A DNA stretch of 64,000 bases from NCBI GenBank assembly GCA_965222075.1, contig OZ244937.1, positions 4,704,001 to 4,768,000 on the forward strand, read 5' to 3'. The notes under the pieces are model-generated. The model was not told the origin of the DNA. It was given only the letters and a program-made list of their open reading frames with translations, and searched no databases. Made by a program: the position numbers and the translations under genes. Numbering within the stretch: the first letter of the stretch is position 1; every line of letters starts with the position of its first letter. Below are positions 16,219 through 26,267 of the stretch, piece after piece. This DNA is from Candidatus Latescibacterota bacterium. Lineage in GTDB: Bacteria > Latescibacterota > UBA2968 > GCA-2709665.

Positions 16219-19185
16219 CTATGAAAACCGCTCGAACCAGGTCTGCGCGACCCGGAACATCTGCCCCGGCTCAAAGTCGTAAGCAAACCCTTTCGAATAG
16301 TCCAGATCGTCGATCATTCCCCGGACGAAATCCACATCCCCCACGTCGATCAACGTCCTGTCTCCTTCGCGGGTCACCTGTGCGACCCGGTAGCAGGCAT
16401 CCCGCTCGTTGTCGTTTTCGATCGAGAGGTAAGACCCGATCAGTGAGCCTTCGGCTGGAGGTTCGGCCGCCGTCCAGATCTTGCCCGGCGCTCGCTCCAA
16501 CACGGTCCCCGTCCAGACTCCGGAAGCCCGCCGGATTGCCCGGTCCTTTGTGCCCAGCACCCTGCCGCCTGTCAGCATTGCCCACTGCGCCGTGCCGTCG
16601 ATCTCGGAGTGGACACCGAAGATCCCGTCGAAGTCGAGTCGTCCGTCCACCCGCACCTGAGTCCGCCCATCTCCAAAGACCACGGTGTCCGACCGCCCCT
16701 CCGGCAGGTGGACCCGGATCGCCCGGAACCCGATTCCTTCGCCTCCCAACACGGGAACTTCCTCCACACGCTCGACCAGCCGGCTCCCCCTGTAGGCCTC
16801 GATCAGACTCAGAAAGCCGGACACGATAGACCCCTCCCCCTCCTGCGCAGCCACCCCATAGGTCAGCCGCCTCGGATTGCCCACCTTGTTCTGCGGCGGG
16901 TCCCCGTGACACAGGGCCACCTCCCCAGGCGCATCGAACAGGCTCCAGCGCACGTGCACATCCGTCACCATGGGCTTTTCCGCTTGCTGAAAAACCTGCC
17001 AGGTATCCCTGACCGTCCAGTCCACCGAAATTACCTCGTCCGGCTTCTGGCACCGCCGCACATCGTAGAGATACTGGAAGCCGCTGCCCGTATAGTTTTC
17101 CACCTCGCCGTCGTAAAACTCCCCAAAGGCCACCCTTTCACCTGCATAAGTACCCTGTTTTTGCGGTAGCAGGTCCAGCCCCCCGGTCTCCACCTCCCCC
17201 TCTGCGGCGTGGAAAAGGTAGTGGTGCGCTCCACCGCCCGAAACGCGAAAGAGATCGACCGCGTAAAAATCGTCCTCCGAGATACGCACCATCGCGCTGG
17301 TTCGACCGTAAACAGAACACTGGGGGTAGACATCCGGCGACGACACTCCGATGGCCTGCACCTCTTCCGAGAGCCCGATAAAACCGACCTTTCCCGAATA
17401 GGTCCCCCTCTGCCGGCTGCGGTCTACCATCACCGTATTGTGCGACACCGTATGGTTGGTCCACCCTGCCCGCTTCGGCCAGATCCGCGCATGTTCGGGG
17501 TATCCCAGGTCGGGCAGCAGGTCCATCCCGAACCCGTAAAGCCCCAGGTTCAGCCGGTCGGCGTGGCCGTGGCCGGTGTTCCGGCCGTAGTAGACCCAAA
17601 GCGTGCGTTCTCTCTCGCCCTCCCCATCTCTGAACAGCGCCAGGCCGTAGCCCGTCATCACATCCGTATCCAGCCGGAGGGGGCCGTGCATATCCACGAT
17701 TTGGGCCACCCGTTTCCGGATCGCCTCCGGGTCGGCGTCCGTGACCTGTCCCCGGATCCTGGACAGGTCGCCTTCTACCAGGTCGTGCGCGGCCTGTGCG
17801 AAGATCGGATCTCCGAACAGCTCCAACCCCTCCAGGCACTGCTCAACGGTCAGCCCGCCCAGGCCAGGCCCCCCCGTATTCCCCGTATCCCCGATCGAGG
17901 GCACGAAACGGCCCAAGGCAGTCAGCCGGATTGGCGCCAGAAACATCTGCCGGTAGCGGGTGTAGTCTCGAATGCGGTGACGGGTGTAGGAGGGCCGCGC
18001 GTCCAGAGTCTGGACCAGCGCCTTCATCCCTAAGGGCCACCGCAGCCACCCCAGGCTGTAGCCGGGCGCGCCTTCCGATCCCACCCCGTCCCGGTCGATC
18101 TCCCCGGCGAAAAGCTGCGGGATGTGCCCCCCGTCCGGCTTCTGACCCCTCAGCACTCCCTCCCGAAACACCCAGTCGAGCCAATCCTCCGTATCCTCGG
18201 CATCCAGGGCAATAGCCAGCATCGCCATTGTCGACTGGTCGCCCGGCTCGTTGTGATGGATGTCTCCGGCCACAATCGCTTTGATCCCTTCCCTTATCAC
18301 ATGCGTTTCAAAGTGTCGGCAGAGCGCCGCAACGCTGTCCTGCTCCGGCAGCCCGTGCGCCTTCTGCTTCGCGTCCAGAAAGGCGAACAACGGGTCGTTG
18401 TCCTTCCAGACCGTCCGCACCATATCGTAACACTCCGTAAACGCCTTCAACAGGTTGGGCTCCCATATCCGTCCGAAAATTCGCCCTCTCCCGCTCAACC
18501 CATCCGAGTTGAAAAACCCCTGCTTTGCCCAGAACGACCAGTCCATATCCGGATATACATCCGCAATCCGCGCAAGCAGCAGCCCCGCCTTGTGGGCGTA
18601 TGCCGCATCTCCGGTGAGCAAGAACGCCTCCCGCAGCCCCGCGCACGCCGAACTGATCTCGGACCAGATCCCGTAGTGCGCATAGACGCCCACCAGTTTG
18701 AACGACGCGCCCGTCTCGTCCGTCCACCCCATCCCGTCGTCCACTCCAAACCGGTGCAGCGGGTCGTCCGGGTGCGGGTGCCCGGTATTGAACAGCAGCC
18801 TCCGGTCCGCACGATCCGGATCAAAAGCCCCGTCCGGTCCGACGCCACTTCTGTAAAACGCCTCGAAATCGTTCGTCGGGAACCGCCCGCCGCAGGTTGG
18901 GCACCGGATCTTCCACGGGTCTGCCAGCACGTCCACCTCAAACCGCCCCATCCCATCTCTGCACACCGGACAGCCCACCTCAACATTCGCATTCGTACTC
19001 CGGCCGATCATCTGTCCGGTCACCAGCCCCCAGAGCGCCTCGTCGTCCATCTCCACCCAGCGTCTTGCCCGTTCTACCGCCCGGTCCAGCTGGGCCTCCG
19101 CCCAGTCGAACCGCTCGACGTTCCGCCGGGCATTCCGGATCTGCTCCGCTGTCACAAAATGTCCCCCGCCCGCGTCTGTAGCCAT
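16219..19185 (-). CDS. Heparinase II/III-like polysaccharide lyase with N-terminal Zn-ribbon
   Basis: CPVC...CPTC; EGAPGY; IGD; GHGHADRLNL; DLGYP; SHNTVMVD; no signal peptide. Confidence 0.8.
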   Translation of the reverse strand: MATDAGGGHFVTAEQIRNARRNVERFDWAEAQLDRAVERARRWVEMDDEALWGLVTGQMIGRSTNANVEVGCPVCRDGMGRFEVDVLADPWKIRCPTCGGRFPTNDFEAFYRSGVGPDGAFDPDRADRRLLFNTGHPHPDDPLHRFGVDDGMGWTDETGASFKLVGVYAHYGIWSEISSACAGLREAFLLTGDAAYAHKAGLLLARIADVYPDMDWSFWAKQGFFNSDGLSGRGRIFGRIWEPNLLKAFTECYDMVRTVWKDNDPLFAFLDAKQKAHGLPEQDSVAALCRHFETHVIREGIKAIVAGDIHHNEPGDQSTMAMLAIALDAEDTEDWLDWVFREGVLRGQKPDGGHIPQLFAGEIDRDGVGSEGAPGYSLGWLRWPLGMKALVQTLDARPSYTRHRIRDYTRYRQMFLAPIRLTALGRFVPSIGDTGNTGGPGLGGLTVEQCLEGLELFGDPIFAQAAHDLVEGDLSRIRGQVTDADPEAIRKRVAQIVDMHGPLRLDTDVMTGYGLALFRDGEGERERTLWVYYGRNTGHGHADRLNLGLYGFGMDLLPDLGYPEHARIWPKRAGWTNHTVSHNTVMVDRSRQRGTYSGKVGFIGLSEEVQAIGVSSPDVYPQCSVYGRTSAMVRISEDDFYAVDLFRVSGGGAHHYLFHAAEGEVETGGLDLLPQKQGTYAGERVAFGEFYDGEVENYTGSGFQYLYDVRRCQKPDEVISVDWTVRDTWQVFQQAEKPMVTDVHVRWSLFDAPGEVALCHGDPPQNKVGNPRRLTYGVAAQEGEGSIVSGFLSLIEAYRGSRLVERVEEVPVLGGEGIGFRAIRVHLPEGRSDTVVFGDGRTQVRVDGRLDFDGIFGVHSEIDGTAQWAMLTGGRVLGTKDRAIRRASGVWTGTVLERAPGKIWTAAEPPAEGSLIGSYLSIENDNERDACYRVAQVTREGDRTLIDVGDVDFVRGMIDDLDYSKGFAYDFEPGQMFRVAQTWFERFS

Positions 19186-19442
19186 TGCCGATCCTCCGTT
19201 TTTGTACCGCTCAACGCTCAACTCACGACGCTTGACCCTGACTCCTGACGCACACAAGATACATCCCCCCAGCGCGGGGATCAATCCATTTCACACCCCC
19301 CGGTTGCGCTCTTTCACCCCCCCGGAGGCATTCCCCCCTTGCGTTTCCAGGCCCGGTGAATTATCTTGCCGTCGCAACAGGGGATATTGTATCTCCTCTG
19401 TGAAAGAGACAGAATGCATTTACGTCAAGAGAGGGAAACCGT

Positions 19443-20840
19443 ATGGCCTACAAAAGCCGATTTACATTCCGCACCCACGGGGGCGTATGCGCGGGCGAAC
19501 AGTGGATTTACGACCACGACGAACCCATCGCCCGTCTGGAAAATAAAACCATCGAACAGCCCGAGCAGAATCTGCGCTATTTCGACAGCAATCCCAAACC
19601 GGTCAACCTGCAGGATCTGAAGCTGGCACCGGGAGGCCGCCCCCTCGTCTGTGGCGTCCAGCTCTACTGGGTCTTCCAGCACCGGGTGCTGGCCACCACC
19701 AAACTGGTTGACGTGCGGGTCCACGGCCAGGAAACCGACTGCCTGATCCTCACCGTCATTACCCAGGACCCGGGCGGCGTGGCAACCTCACACCGTGTCC
19801 TCACCCTGACCTACGACACGAACCTGGCATCCTATATCTATGACTTCAAAGCCCACCTGGACATCCACAGTCCCGAAGTACTGGATCGGGATGAAACCGC
19901 CTCTTTGGAATACTGCGATCCCTGGTACAACGACATTCCCGGCCCCACGGTCGAATTCCCCGGCATGTGGGAGAAGAAATACACCCACCTCCTGGCCGAA
20001 AAATCCGACGGAAAAATCTGGCAGATGCCGCTCAATCACATGGCCACGGGCATCCCCAGTCCCCGGTCCTTTAAAAGGGGCGGCCTGTTTGTGCTGGCCT
20101 ACGATCCGGGCAACAACCCCGCCTTTGAATTCGTGGGCGAAACCGCAGACCGCACCTCCGTGGGCGTCTGCAACTGGGGCTACGACATCCACCTTCGGGG
20201 GCACTACACCCGCGACGAACTCTACGCCCCCCTCTGTCCCCACTTCCGCATCCGCCTCTGCCCGGACGAAAAGGTCAAACAGATGCGGGAAGCGGCGGAA
20301 CCCGTTCCACCGGTCACCTACAACGGCTTCGAGGAACTCCCCCTCTACGAGCGCTCCACCAGCTTTGCCAATGGCCTCCGCCTCAACGAGCCCACGCCCG
20401 ACAACACCGACCCCTGGCCCTGGCTGCCCGAAGGCGAAGGTGCGGAATGGTGTAAAGAGGGTGGCCGCTTGGACAATTTCTCCCTCAAAATCTCCAAGAC
20501 AACGCCCGGCCCCACCGAGTGGATCATGGACCGCGAGAGCGAGGGCGCCTGGACGCAGCGGTGGACCTCTTCCACCGGCTTCCGGATCACCGCCTACATC
20601 AAAACAGACCGGGTGGAAGGCCGGGGCGCCTGTCTGGCCGTGCGCTGGGGCGTGTACAACTATGCCGAGCGTTACCCCTACATCTGTTCACAAAAACTGA
20701 CAGGCACCAACGACTGGGCCAGGGTCAGCGTCGAAATCCACGGCCCGCCCCCGCCCGACATCAGCGCAGTCCACATTATCTGCAGGCAGGACGGCAGCGG
20801 CACCACCTGGTTTGACGACCTTGAAGTGGAGGTCTTATAG
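19443..20840 (+). CDS. Hypothetical protein with C-terminal CBM4/9-like jelly-roll domain
   Basis: C-terminal SLKI...AYIKT...LTGTNDW.RV...GTTWFDDLEV pattern; genome-typical codon usage. Confidence 0.65.
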   Translation: MAYKSRFTFRTHGGVCAGEQWIYDHDEPIARLENKTIEQPEQNLRYFDSNPKPVNLQDLKLAPGGRPLVCGVQLYWVFQHRVLATTKLVDVRVHGQETDCLILTVITQDPGGVATSHRVLTLTYDTNLASYIYDFKAHLDIHSPEVLDRDETASLEYCDPWYNDIPGPTVEFPGMWEKKYTHLLAEKSDGKIWQMPLNHMATGIPSPRSFKRGGLFVLAYDPGNNPAFEFVGETADRTSVGVCNWGYDIHLRGHYTRDELYAPLCPHFRIRLCPDEKVKQMREAAEPVPPVTYNGFEELPLYERSTSFANGLRLNEPTPDNTDPWPWLPEGEGAEWCKEGGRLDNFSLKISKTTPGPTEWIMDRESEGAWTQRWTSSTGFRITAYIKTDRVEGRGACLAVRWGVYNYAERYPYICSQKLTGTNDWARVSVEIHGPPPPDISAVHIICRQDGSGTTWFDDLEVEVL

Positions 20841-20868
20841 TCTTAGAACCTCGAAAATGGAGAACCGG

Positions 20869-21771
20869 ATGAGAGAAACCGTGGGATTTATCGGGCTTGG
20901 CGCCATGGGCAAAGGGATGGCGCTCAACGTCCTCAAAGGCGGGTACCCGCTCCGGGTTTACGATATACGCCAACAACCGGTGGATGAGCTCGTCGCAAAC
21001 GGCGCGCAGGCCGCTGAGAGTATACGGGACCTTGGCGGCCGGTGTACCTGGATTGTGCTTGTCCTCCCGGACACATCGGTTGTGGAATCCGTCCTGTTCG
21101 GCCCGGACGGGCTCAAACCGGCGCTTGGCTCAGGGCACATCGTGATCGATTGCGGAACAACCCACCCTGTTTCCACACGACAGACGGCGTCGGTGTTCCG
21201 TAAAGGTGGGATCGACTTTCTGGACGCTCCGGTCTCGGGGATGAACCCCCGCGCAGAGGCCGGCACGCTGACCATGATGGTGGGAGGAGAGGAGGATGTC
21301 TACAAGAAAGTCCACCCCCTCCTGGAAACGATGGGAGAACGCATCGTCTATATGGGACAGTCCGGCAACGGCCAACTGACAAAAATGACCAATAATATTC
21401 TCCTGAACATATCCTGCGCCGCCATGGCCGAAATACTCCCTACCGCAGTCAAAATGGGGCTCGACCCGGAAAAAATCTGTTCCGTAATCAGCGCGGGAAC
21501 CGGACAGAGTCACGGCTTCGACTTCTTCTCCCGCCTGGTGCTCCGGAGAAACTTCGAGCGTGGATATCCGATGCAAAAAGCCTACAAAGATATGGAGGCC
21601 ATCGCGGAAATCGCCGCCCGGCACCAGATCCCCCTGCCGGTAACGTCCGCCGCTTTGCAAACCTACAGGATGGCCCTGGACCAGGGGCTTGGCAACGAAA
21701 ACAAAGGCGCGATGATCAAAGTCTGGGAAACCGCGATGGGCGTCGAAGTCAGAGGCACCGATAAAGCGTAA
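20869..21771 (+). CDS. NAD(P)-dependent beta-hydroxyacid dehydrogenase (3-HIBADH/GarR family)
   Basis: VGFIGLGAMG, FLDAPVSG, TLTMMVGG and GQLTKMTNN. Confidence 0.9.
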   Translation: MRETVGFIGLGAMGKGMALNVLKGGYPLRVYDIRQQPVDELVANGAQAAESIRDLGGRCTWIVLVLPDTSVVESVLFGPDGLKPALGSGHIVIDCGTTHPVSTRQTASVFRKGGIDFLDAPVSGMNPRAEAGTLTMMVGGEEDVYKKVHPLLETMGERIVYMGQSGNGQLTKMTNNILLNISCAAMAEILPTAVKMGLDPEKICSVISAGTGQSHGFDFFSRLVLRRNFERGYPMQKAYKDMEAIAEIAARHQIPLPVTSAALQTYRMALDQGLGNENKGAMIKVWETAMGVEVRGTDKA

Positions 21772-21893
21772 GTGGCACATCTATCCCATACCCCGGGAGA
21801 AAAACACCATGCAGATATTCGAAACCTGCGACTCCCTCCTCGAATGCGTCAAACAGACCGCAACACAGGACAAAACTGAAGAGCGATGTTTCG

Positions 21894-23150
21894 ATGAAGA
21901 CAGAAACTGACGTCCTGGTCATCGGAGGGGGCGCAATCGGCGTCTGCTCGGCCCACTACCTCAGCGAGCAGGGGCGAACCGTCGCCATTGTTGAAAAAGG
22001 GGACATCGGTTCGGGAAGTTCGTACGGCAACGCCGGCCTGATCGTTCCCAGCCACAGCACCCCGCTGGCGGAGCCCGGGATGATATTTAAGGGAATCAAG
22101 TGGATGTTCAACTCCGAAAGCCCGTTTTACATCAAACCCCGCTTCAACTGCGACCTCATCTCCTGGCTCTGGAAATTTTGGCGTGCCTGCAGCAAGCGGC
22201 AGATGAACAGGTCCATACCGGTCATCCGGGACCTCAGCCTGGCCAGCCTGCGGTTGTTCGACGAACTCGCCGCGATCGAAGGCCTCGAATTCGGGTACGA
22301 AACAAGGGGCATGCTGGCCGCGTTCAATACCGAAAAGGGGCTTGAGGGCGGCGTCGAAGAGGCCCGCCTGATGCAGAAAAACGGCCTTGAGGTCAGAATC
22401 CTGAACGCCGATGAAATCCAGGAACTGGAACCGGGAATCCGAACCACTGCCATCGGCGGTGTGTACTATCCGCAAGATGCACACCTGATTCCCCATCGAT
22501 ATGTACGTGAACTTGCCCGGCACATTGAGCATAAGGGGGGGGGAATTCATACCTCCACAGAGGTGCTCGGTTTTGAAACCTCAGGCCGAAAAATTACAAC
22601 CGTCAAAACGACCCGGGGCGATTTCTCAGCCGAAGAAATCGTCCTGGCCGGCGGTTCGTGGTCGTCCGGAATCGCCCGGGACCTCAAGATCAAGCTGCCC
22701 ATCCAGCCCGCCAAAGGCTACAGCGTCACATTCAAGCGGCCGCCGGGCTGTCCACGTATCCCCTTTGTGCTTGCCGAGGCCAAAGTCGCCCTCACCCCTC
22801 TGGGCGATACCCTGCGCTTCGCCGGCACCCTCGAGCTGGCCGGCCTGGATCTTTCCATTAACATGCGCCGCGTGCAGGCCATCCTCAAGGCCATCCCCGG
22901 GTACCTGCCCGACATTCATCCCGAAAATCTCGAACTCATCGAAATCTGGCGCGGGCTGCGCCCCTGTACCCCGGACGGCCTCCCCTTCCTGGGGCGTCCC
23001 ATTGCCTACGACAACCTCATCCTCGCGGCCGGCCATGCCATGATCGGCATATCCTTATCTCCTATCACGGGCAAGCTGGTATCCCAGTTGGCGGCAAACG
23101 AAAAACCGTCGATCGACCTGGCCGCACTCAACATAGAGCGCTTTGATTGA
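21894..23150 (+). CDS. FAD-dependent D-amino-acid dehydrogenase (DadA family)
   Basis: VIGGGAIG, SSYGNAG, PAKGYS, WRGLRPCTPDGLP and GHAMIG. Confidence 0.9.
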   Translation: MKTETDVLVIGGGAIGVCSAHYLSEQGRTVAIVEKGDIGSGSSYGNAGLIVPSHSTPLAEPGMIFKGIKWMFNSESPFYIKPRFNCDLISWLWKFWRACSKRQMNRSIPVIRDLSLASLRLFDELAAIEGLEFGYETRGMLAAFNTEKGLEGGVEEARLMQKNGLEVRILNADEIQELEPGIRTTAIGGVYYPQDAHLIPHRYVRELARHIEHKGGGIHTSTEVLGFETSGRKITTVKTTRGDFSAEEIVLAGGSWSSGIARDLKIKLPIQPAKGYSVTFKRPPGCPRIPFVLAEAKVALTPLGDTLRFAGTLELAGLDLSINMRRVQAILKAIPGYLPDIHPENLELIEIWRGLRPCTPDGLPFLGRPIAYDNLILAAGHAMIGISLSPITGKLVSQLAANEKPSIDLAALNIERFD

Positions 23151-23167
23151 ACGCATAAGGGAGGCGG

Positions 23168-24160
23168 ATGATGGGAGAAATAGAAAAACAGGAGGCGGTA
23201 ATAAAAATCGAGCCGCCGCTGACGGAGGATCTGACAGAGGAATTGCTCGATTTCTGGGAGGCGATCTTCGAAGTCCCCTGTGATGGCTATCGAAGCATTC
23301 TCAACGGTTCGGAACGCGACGACAATCACGACATCTTCTACCTGCTTCGAAAAGGCAAGGAACTGGGCGGCACCTCCCATCTGACAATCTCAAAAGCGGA
23401 CCCCCGGCTGGGCGGCCTCGGCGAAGTGGCAACGCCCTCTGAATTTCGTCGACAGGGAATTGCCACCGCACTCTGTGCGCATACGCTTGAGGATTTTCGC
23501 ACGCACAATGGCCAGGCCTTTTTTTTGGGAACGGTAAACCCCGAGGCCGCCCGGGTCTACCACCGGCTTGGCTGGCGGAAACTCGCCGGAGCCAACGTTA
23601 TGGCCTTCATCGCAAATGGAGACTCGCCTGAGGCCTTTCTCGTAGACTATTTCAGAGAGGGCGGCCCTGCCGAAATCGCGCCGTCCGCACCCGCCGATCG
23701 CATACCGATGATCCCTCTGCTGCTCTGCCCTCACGACTGGAAGGTACTGGACGCCAATGTGAGCATGTTTTCAACCCGATACGTGGTACAAAATTCATGC
23801 ATGGGTCTTTATCCCCGGTACGAGGCGCTTGCTCAGGACGGCCGAGGCGCGTGGTTTGCCCTGCATGCGAATCAGGGCCGTGTGGTCGGCCTATCATCGG
23901 CCCGCCTGGACGAATCGGGTCACTGTCAGGTAGACGGGTTTACCCATCAGAGTCACGCGGATTCCTGGGAAGACCTTATGGCCGCAGCCCTGCGCTGGGG
24001 CGCCGACCGGGGCGGGGGCCTGTGCTGTGCAATCGTGTCGGTCGAAGACGAAGACAAACGCGTCCGCTTCGAGTCCCTTGGGCTTCAAGAATCCGGAGCG
24101 GGCGGTGCATTCAACCTGGGCGACAGACAGGTGCCCTCCATCCGCCTGGAAAGGCAGTAG
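23168..24160 (+). CDS. GNAT family N-acetyltransferase (two-domain)
   Basis: GEVAT.SEFRRQGIA acetyl-CoA motif and AARVYHRLGW. Confidence 0.8.
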   Translation: MMGEIEKQEAVIKIEPPLTEDLTEELLDFWEAIFEVPCDGYRSILNGSERDDNHDIFYLLRKGKELGGTSHLTISKADPRLGGLGEVATPSEFRRQGIATALCAHTLEDFRTHNGQAFFLGTVNPEAARVYHRLGWRKLAGANVMAFIANGDSPEAFLVDYFREGGPAEIAPSAPADRIPMIPLLLCPHDWKVLDANVSMFSTRYVVQNSCMGLYPRYEALAQDGRGAWFALHANQGRVVGLSSARLDESGHCQVDGFTHQSHADSWEDLMAAALRWGADRGGGLCCAIVSVEDEDKRVRFESLGLQESGAGGAFNLGDRQVPSIRLERQ

Positions 24161-24171
24161 CTTCACGCGCA

Positions 24172-24323
24172 TTCAAGACCTTGATACGTCACACTCGCGA
24201 GGTCGGATTCGACGGCGGCCTGCAGATCGACCACCAGCAGCACTACAACGCCGCCGACGAACATCAGAAAATCGCTATTCGGTCGGATACGTCAAAGCCC
24301 TCATCGCCGCGCTCAAGGCCTGA
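24172..24323 (+). pseudogene. Frameshifted 3' remnant of a mannonate dehydratase (UxuA-like) gene
   Basis: REVGFDGGLQIDH...QKIA in one frame continues as YSVGYVKALIAALKA* in another; there is no 5' part. Confidence 0.6.
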
Positions 24324-24337
24324 AGAAGGAGAGACGG

Positions 24338-26218
24338 ATGGCGCCTCGAACACCCCGTTCCCTGTCCACATTCTGCCGGAAGAAGCTGCCGTTGATACAG
24401 GATCGAACCGATGGCAAACGGCTTATCAACACGGTCGTCGCCATCGTGGAAACCGATCGGTGGAACTCCTTTGACAGATTCCACGAAACCACCCGGACGC
24501 TGGTGGACCGGTACAGTGCGGCGGGCGCAGCCGTGGAGGTCGCCTCCCTCCAGACGGGCGGCCGGATCGGTTCGGGCCGCTGGATTATCCATGAAGCCGC
24601 CGACGTGCGCAGCGCCACCGTAGACGTGATCCGTCCCGTGCGTCGGCGGGTGCTGGACTACAGCGAGAACCCCTGGCACGTGATCCAGTGGAGCGGGGCC
24701 ACGCCCCGCAACGGAATGGTGAACGAACTGGTTATCGTAGACGATTCGAAAAAACTCGAACGCATCCCCCCCGATGGACTTTCCGGAAAAATCGTACTGA
24801 CGCGCCTGAATCCGCGCAGTCGTCTGCGAGAGCTCGCTCAGACAGGGGCCGCAGGGGTCATCACCGATCAACCGGTTGAAAATCTGCCCAATGCAACTCC
24901 CTGGACCAAGTTCGGTTGGGGCGGCATCCCCATCGGAAACGCGGCCTTTCATCTGGTCGGCCTCGTCCTATCCGCGAATGAGGGAAATAGACTCCGCAGG
25001 CTGGTAAAAACACACGGTAGCCTGACCCTGCGTACGAAAGCCGACATTCGAAAATACGTTGGCACACACGACATCGTCAGCGGTCTCGTCCTCGGCGAAG
25101 ACAGACCGCAGGAAGAAATCTGGGTCCTGGCGCACAGCGGCGAACCGGGCGCCATTGACAACGCCTCGGGCGTTGCCCTCTGCGTTGAAATTGCAACGGT
25201 GCTTGAAAGCCTCATCGCCGAAGGGTCGCTCCCCCGGCCAAAGCGCACCATTCGGCTGCTGAACGCCTACGAATGTTACGGCTTCTTCAAATACCTGGAA
25301 GACATCGAGCGTCCCGTGCCCCCCCTGGGCGGCCTGAACATCGATTCCGTAGGCGCCAAGCCCAAAGTCTGCGACGCCCGGCTCGAATGGCACAACACCA
25401 TCCCCATGTCTGCCGGATTTGTGAACAAACTCGGTGAAACCATCGTCCGGTCCGCCCTCCAGCGCAGAAACCCCGGCTACAAACTCTGCGTCGAACCCTT
25501 CGTATCCACCTCGGACACCCTCATCGGCGACCCCAAATACGGCTTCCCCTGTCCCTGGATCACCACCCACCGCCAGGCCCGCAGCTTTGACGCCTACCAC
25601 ACCTCGGCCGATACCCCGAACCTTCTCAGCCGGGATGGCCTGGCCCTATGCGCGACCGCCGCAGCTGGCTACCTCTACTTCCTGGCAAATGCCGGCAGCC
25701 GGGAAGTCGTCGAACTGGCGAGGGTGGAAACGGAAAGAACACTGGAACAGCTCCGGCCTTCGCAAAAGCAGCTCTCACCGGTCCAGGTCAGCTACATTTG
25801 CGAAGCACACCGGGTAAACCTTGAAAAACTCCAGAACTGGATATCGGAAAAAGACCACGATCAAGTCCTGGCGCATCTGTCCACGTATGAACGCCAGGTA
25901 CGCGAGGCCGCCCGAAGCGCAGCCCCAAAAAAGACGCGGTCCGGGAGGCGCAGCATCCCCGGTTCCCGGCGGGTGCCCCATCGCACGGCCCTGCTCTCGC
26001 CCGATCTGAGCAACACGCCGCCTCCTCTCGCTGCGCGGATCGGCAAAGCCCGACTCTCCCCCTGGGCCCTGTTCTGGGCGGACGGCAGGAGAACCCTGGC
26101 GGAAATCGCCGAGGCTCTCACCTGTGAGTATCAGCGAGAGGTCACCCTCGAACAGGTAACCACCTTTTTTGAGGCACACGCCGACCTGGGATATGTAGAA
26201 TTGGCCGAACCGTCGTAG
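24338..26218 (+). CDS. M28/DUF4910-like metallopeptidase with PA-like insert and C-terminal winged helix
   Basis: AHSGEPGAIDNASG, RTIRLL..YE, NIDSVG, SD, YHTSADTP and DGRRTLAEIA. Confidence 0.75.
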   Translation: MAPRTPRSLSTFCRKKLPLIQDRTDGKRLINTVVAIVETDRWNSFDRFHETTRTLVDRYSAAGAAVEVASLQTGGRIGSGRWIIHEAADVRSATVDVIRPVRRRVLDYSENPWHVIQWSGATPRNGMVNELVIVDDSKKLERIPPDGLSGKIVLTRLNPRSRLRELAQTGAAGVITDQPVENLPNATPWTKFGWGGIPIGNAAFHLVGLVLSANEGNRLRRLVKTHGSLTLRTKADIRKYVGTHDIVSGLVLGEDRPQEEIWVLAHSGEPGAIDNASGVALCVEIATVLESLIAEGSLPRPKRTIRLLNAYECYGFFKYLEDIERPVPPLGGLNIDSVGAKPKVCDARLEWHNTIPMSAGFVNKLGETIVRSALQRRNPGYKLCVEPFVSTSDTLIGDPKYGFPCPWITTHRQARSFDAYHTSADTPNLLSRDGLALCATAAAGYLYFLANAGSREVVELARVETERTLEQLRPSQKQLSPVQVSYICEAHRVNLEKLQNWISEKDHDQVLAHLSTYERQVREAARSAAPKKTRSGRRSIPGSRRVPHRTALLSPDLSNTPPPLAARIGKARLSPWALFWADGRRTLAEIAEALTCEYQREVTLEQVTTFFEAHADLGYVELAEPS

Positions 26219-26267
26219 GGGCGTAGCGTGCTTGAATTACGGAATGCGGATTGCGGATCTCTACCCA

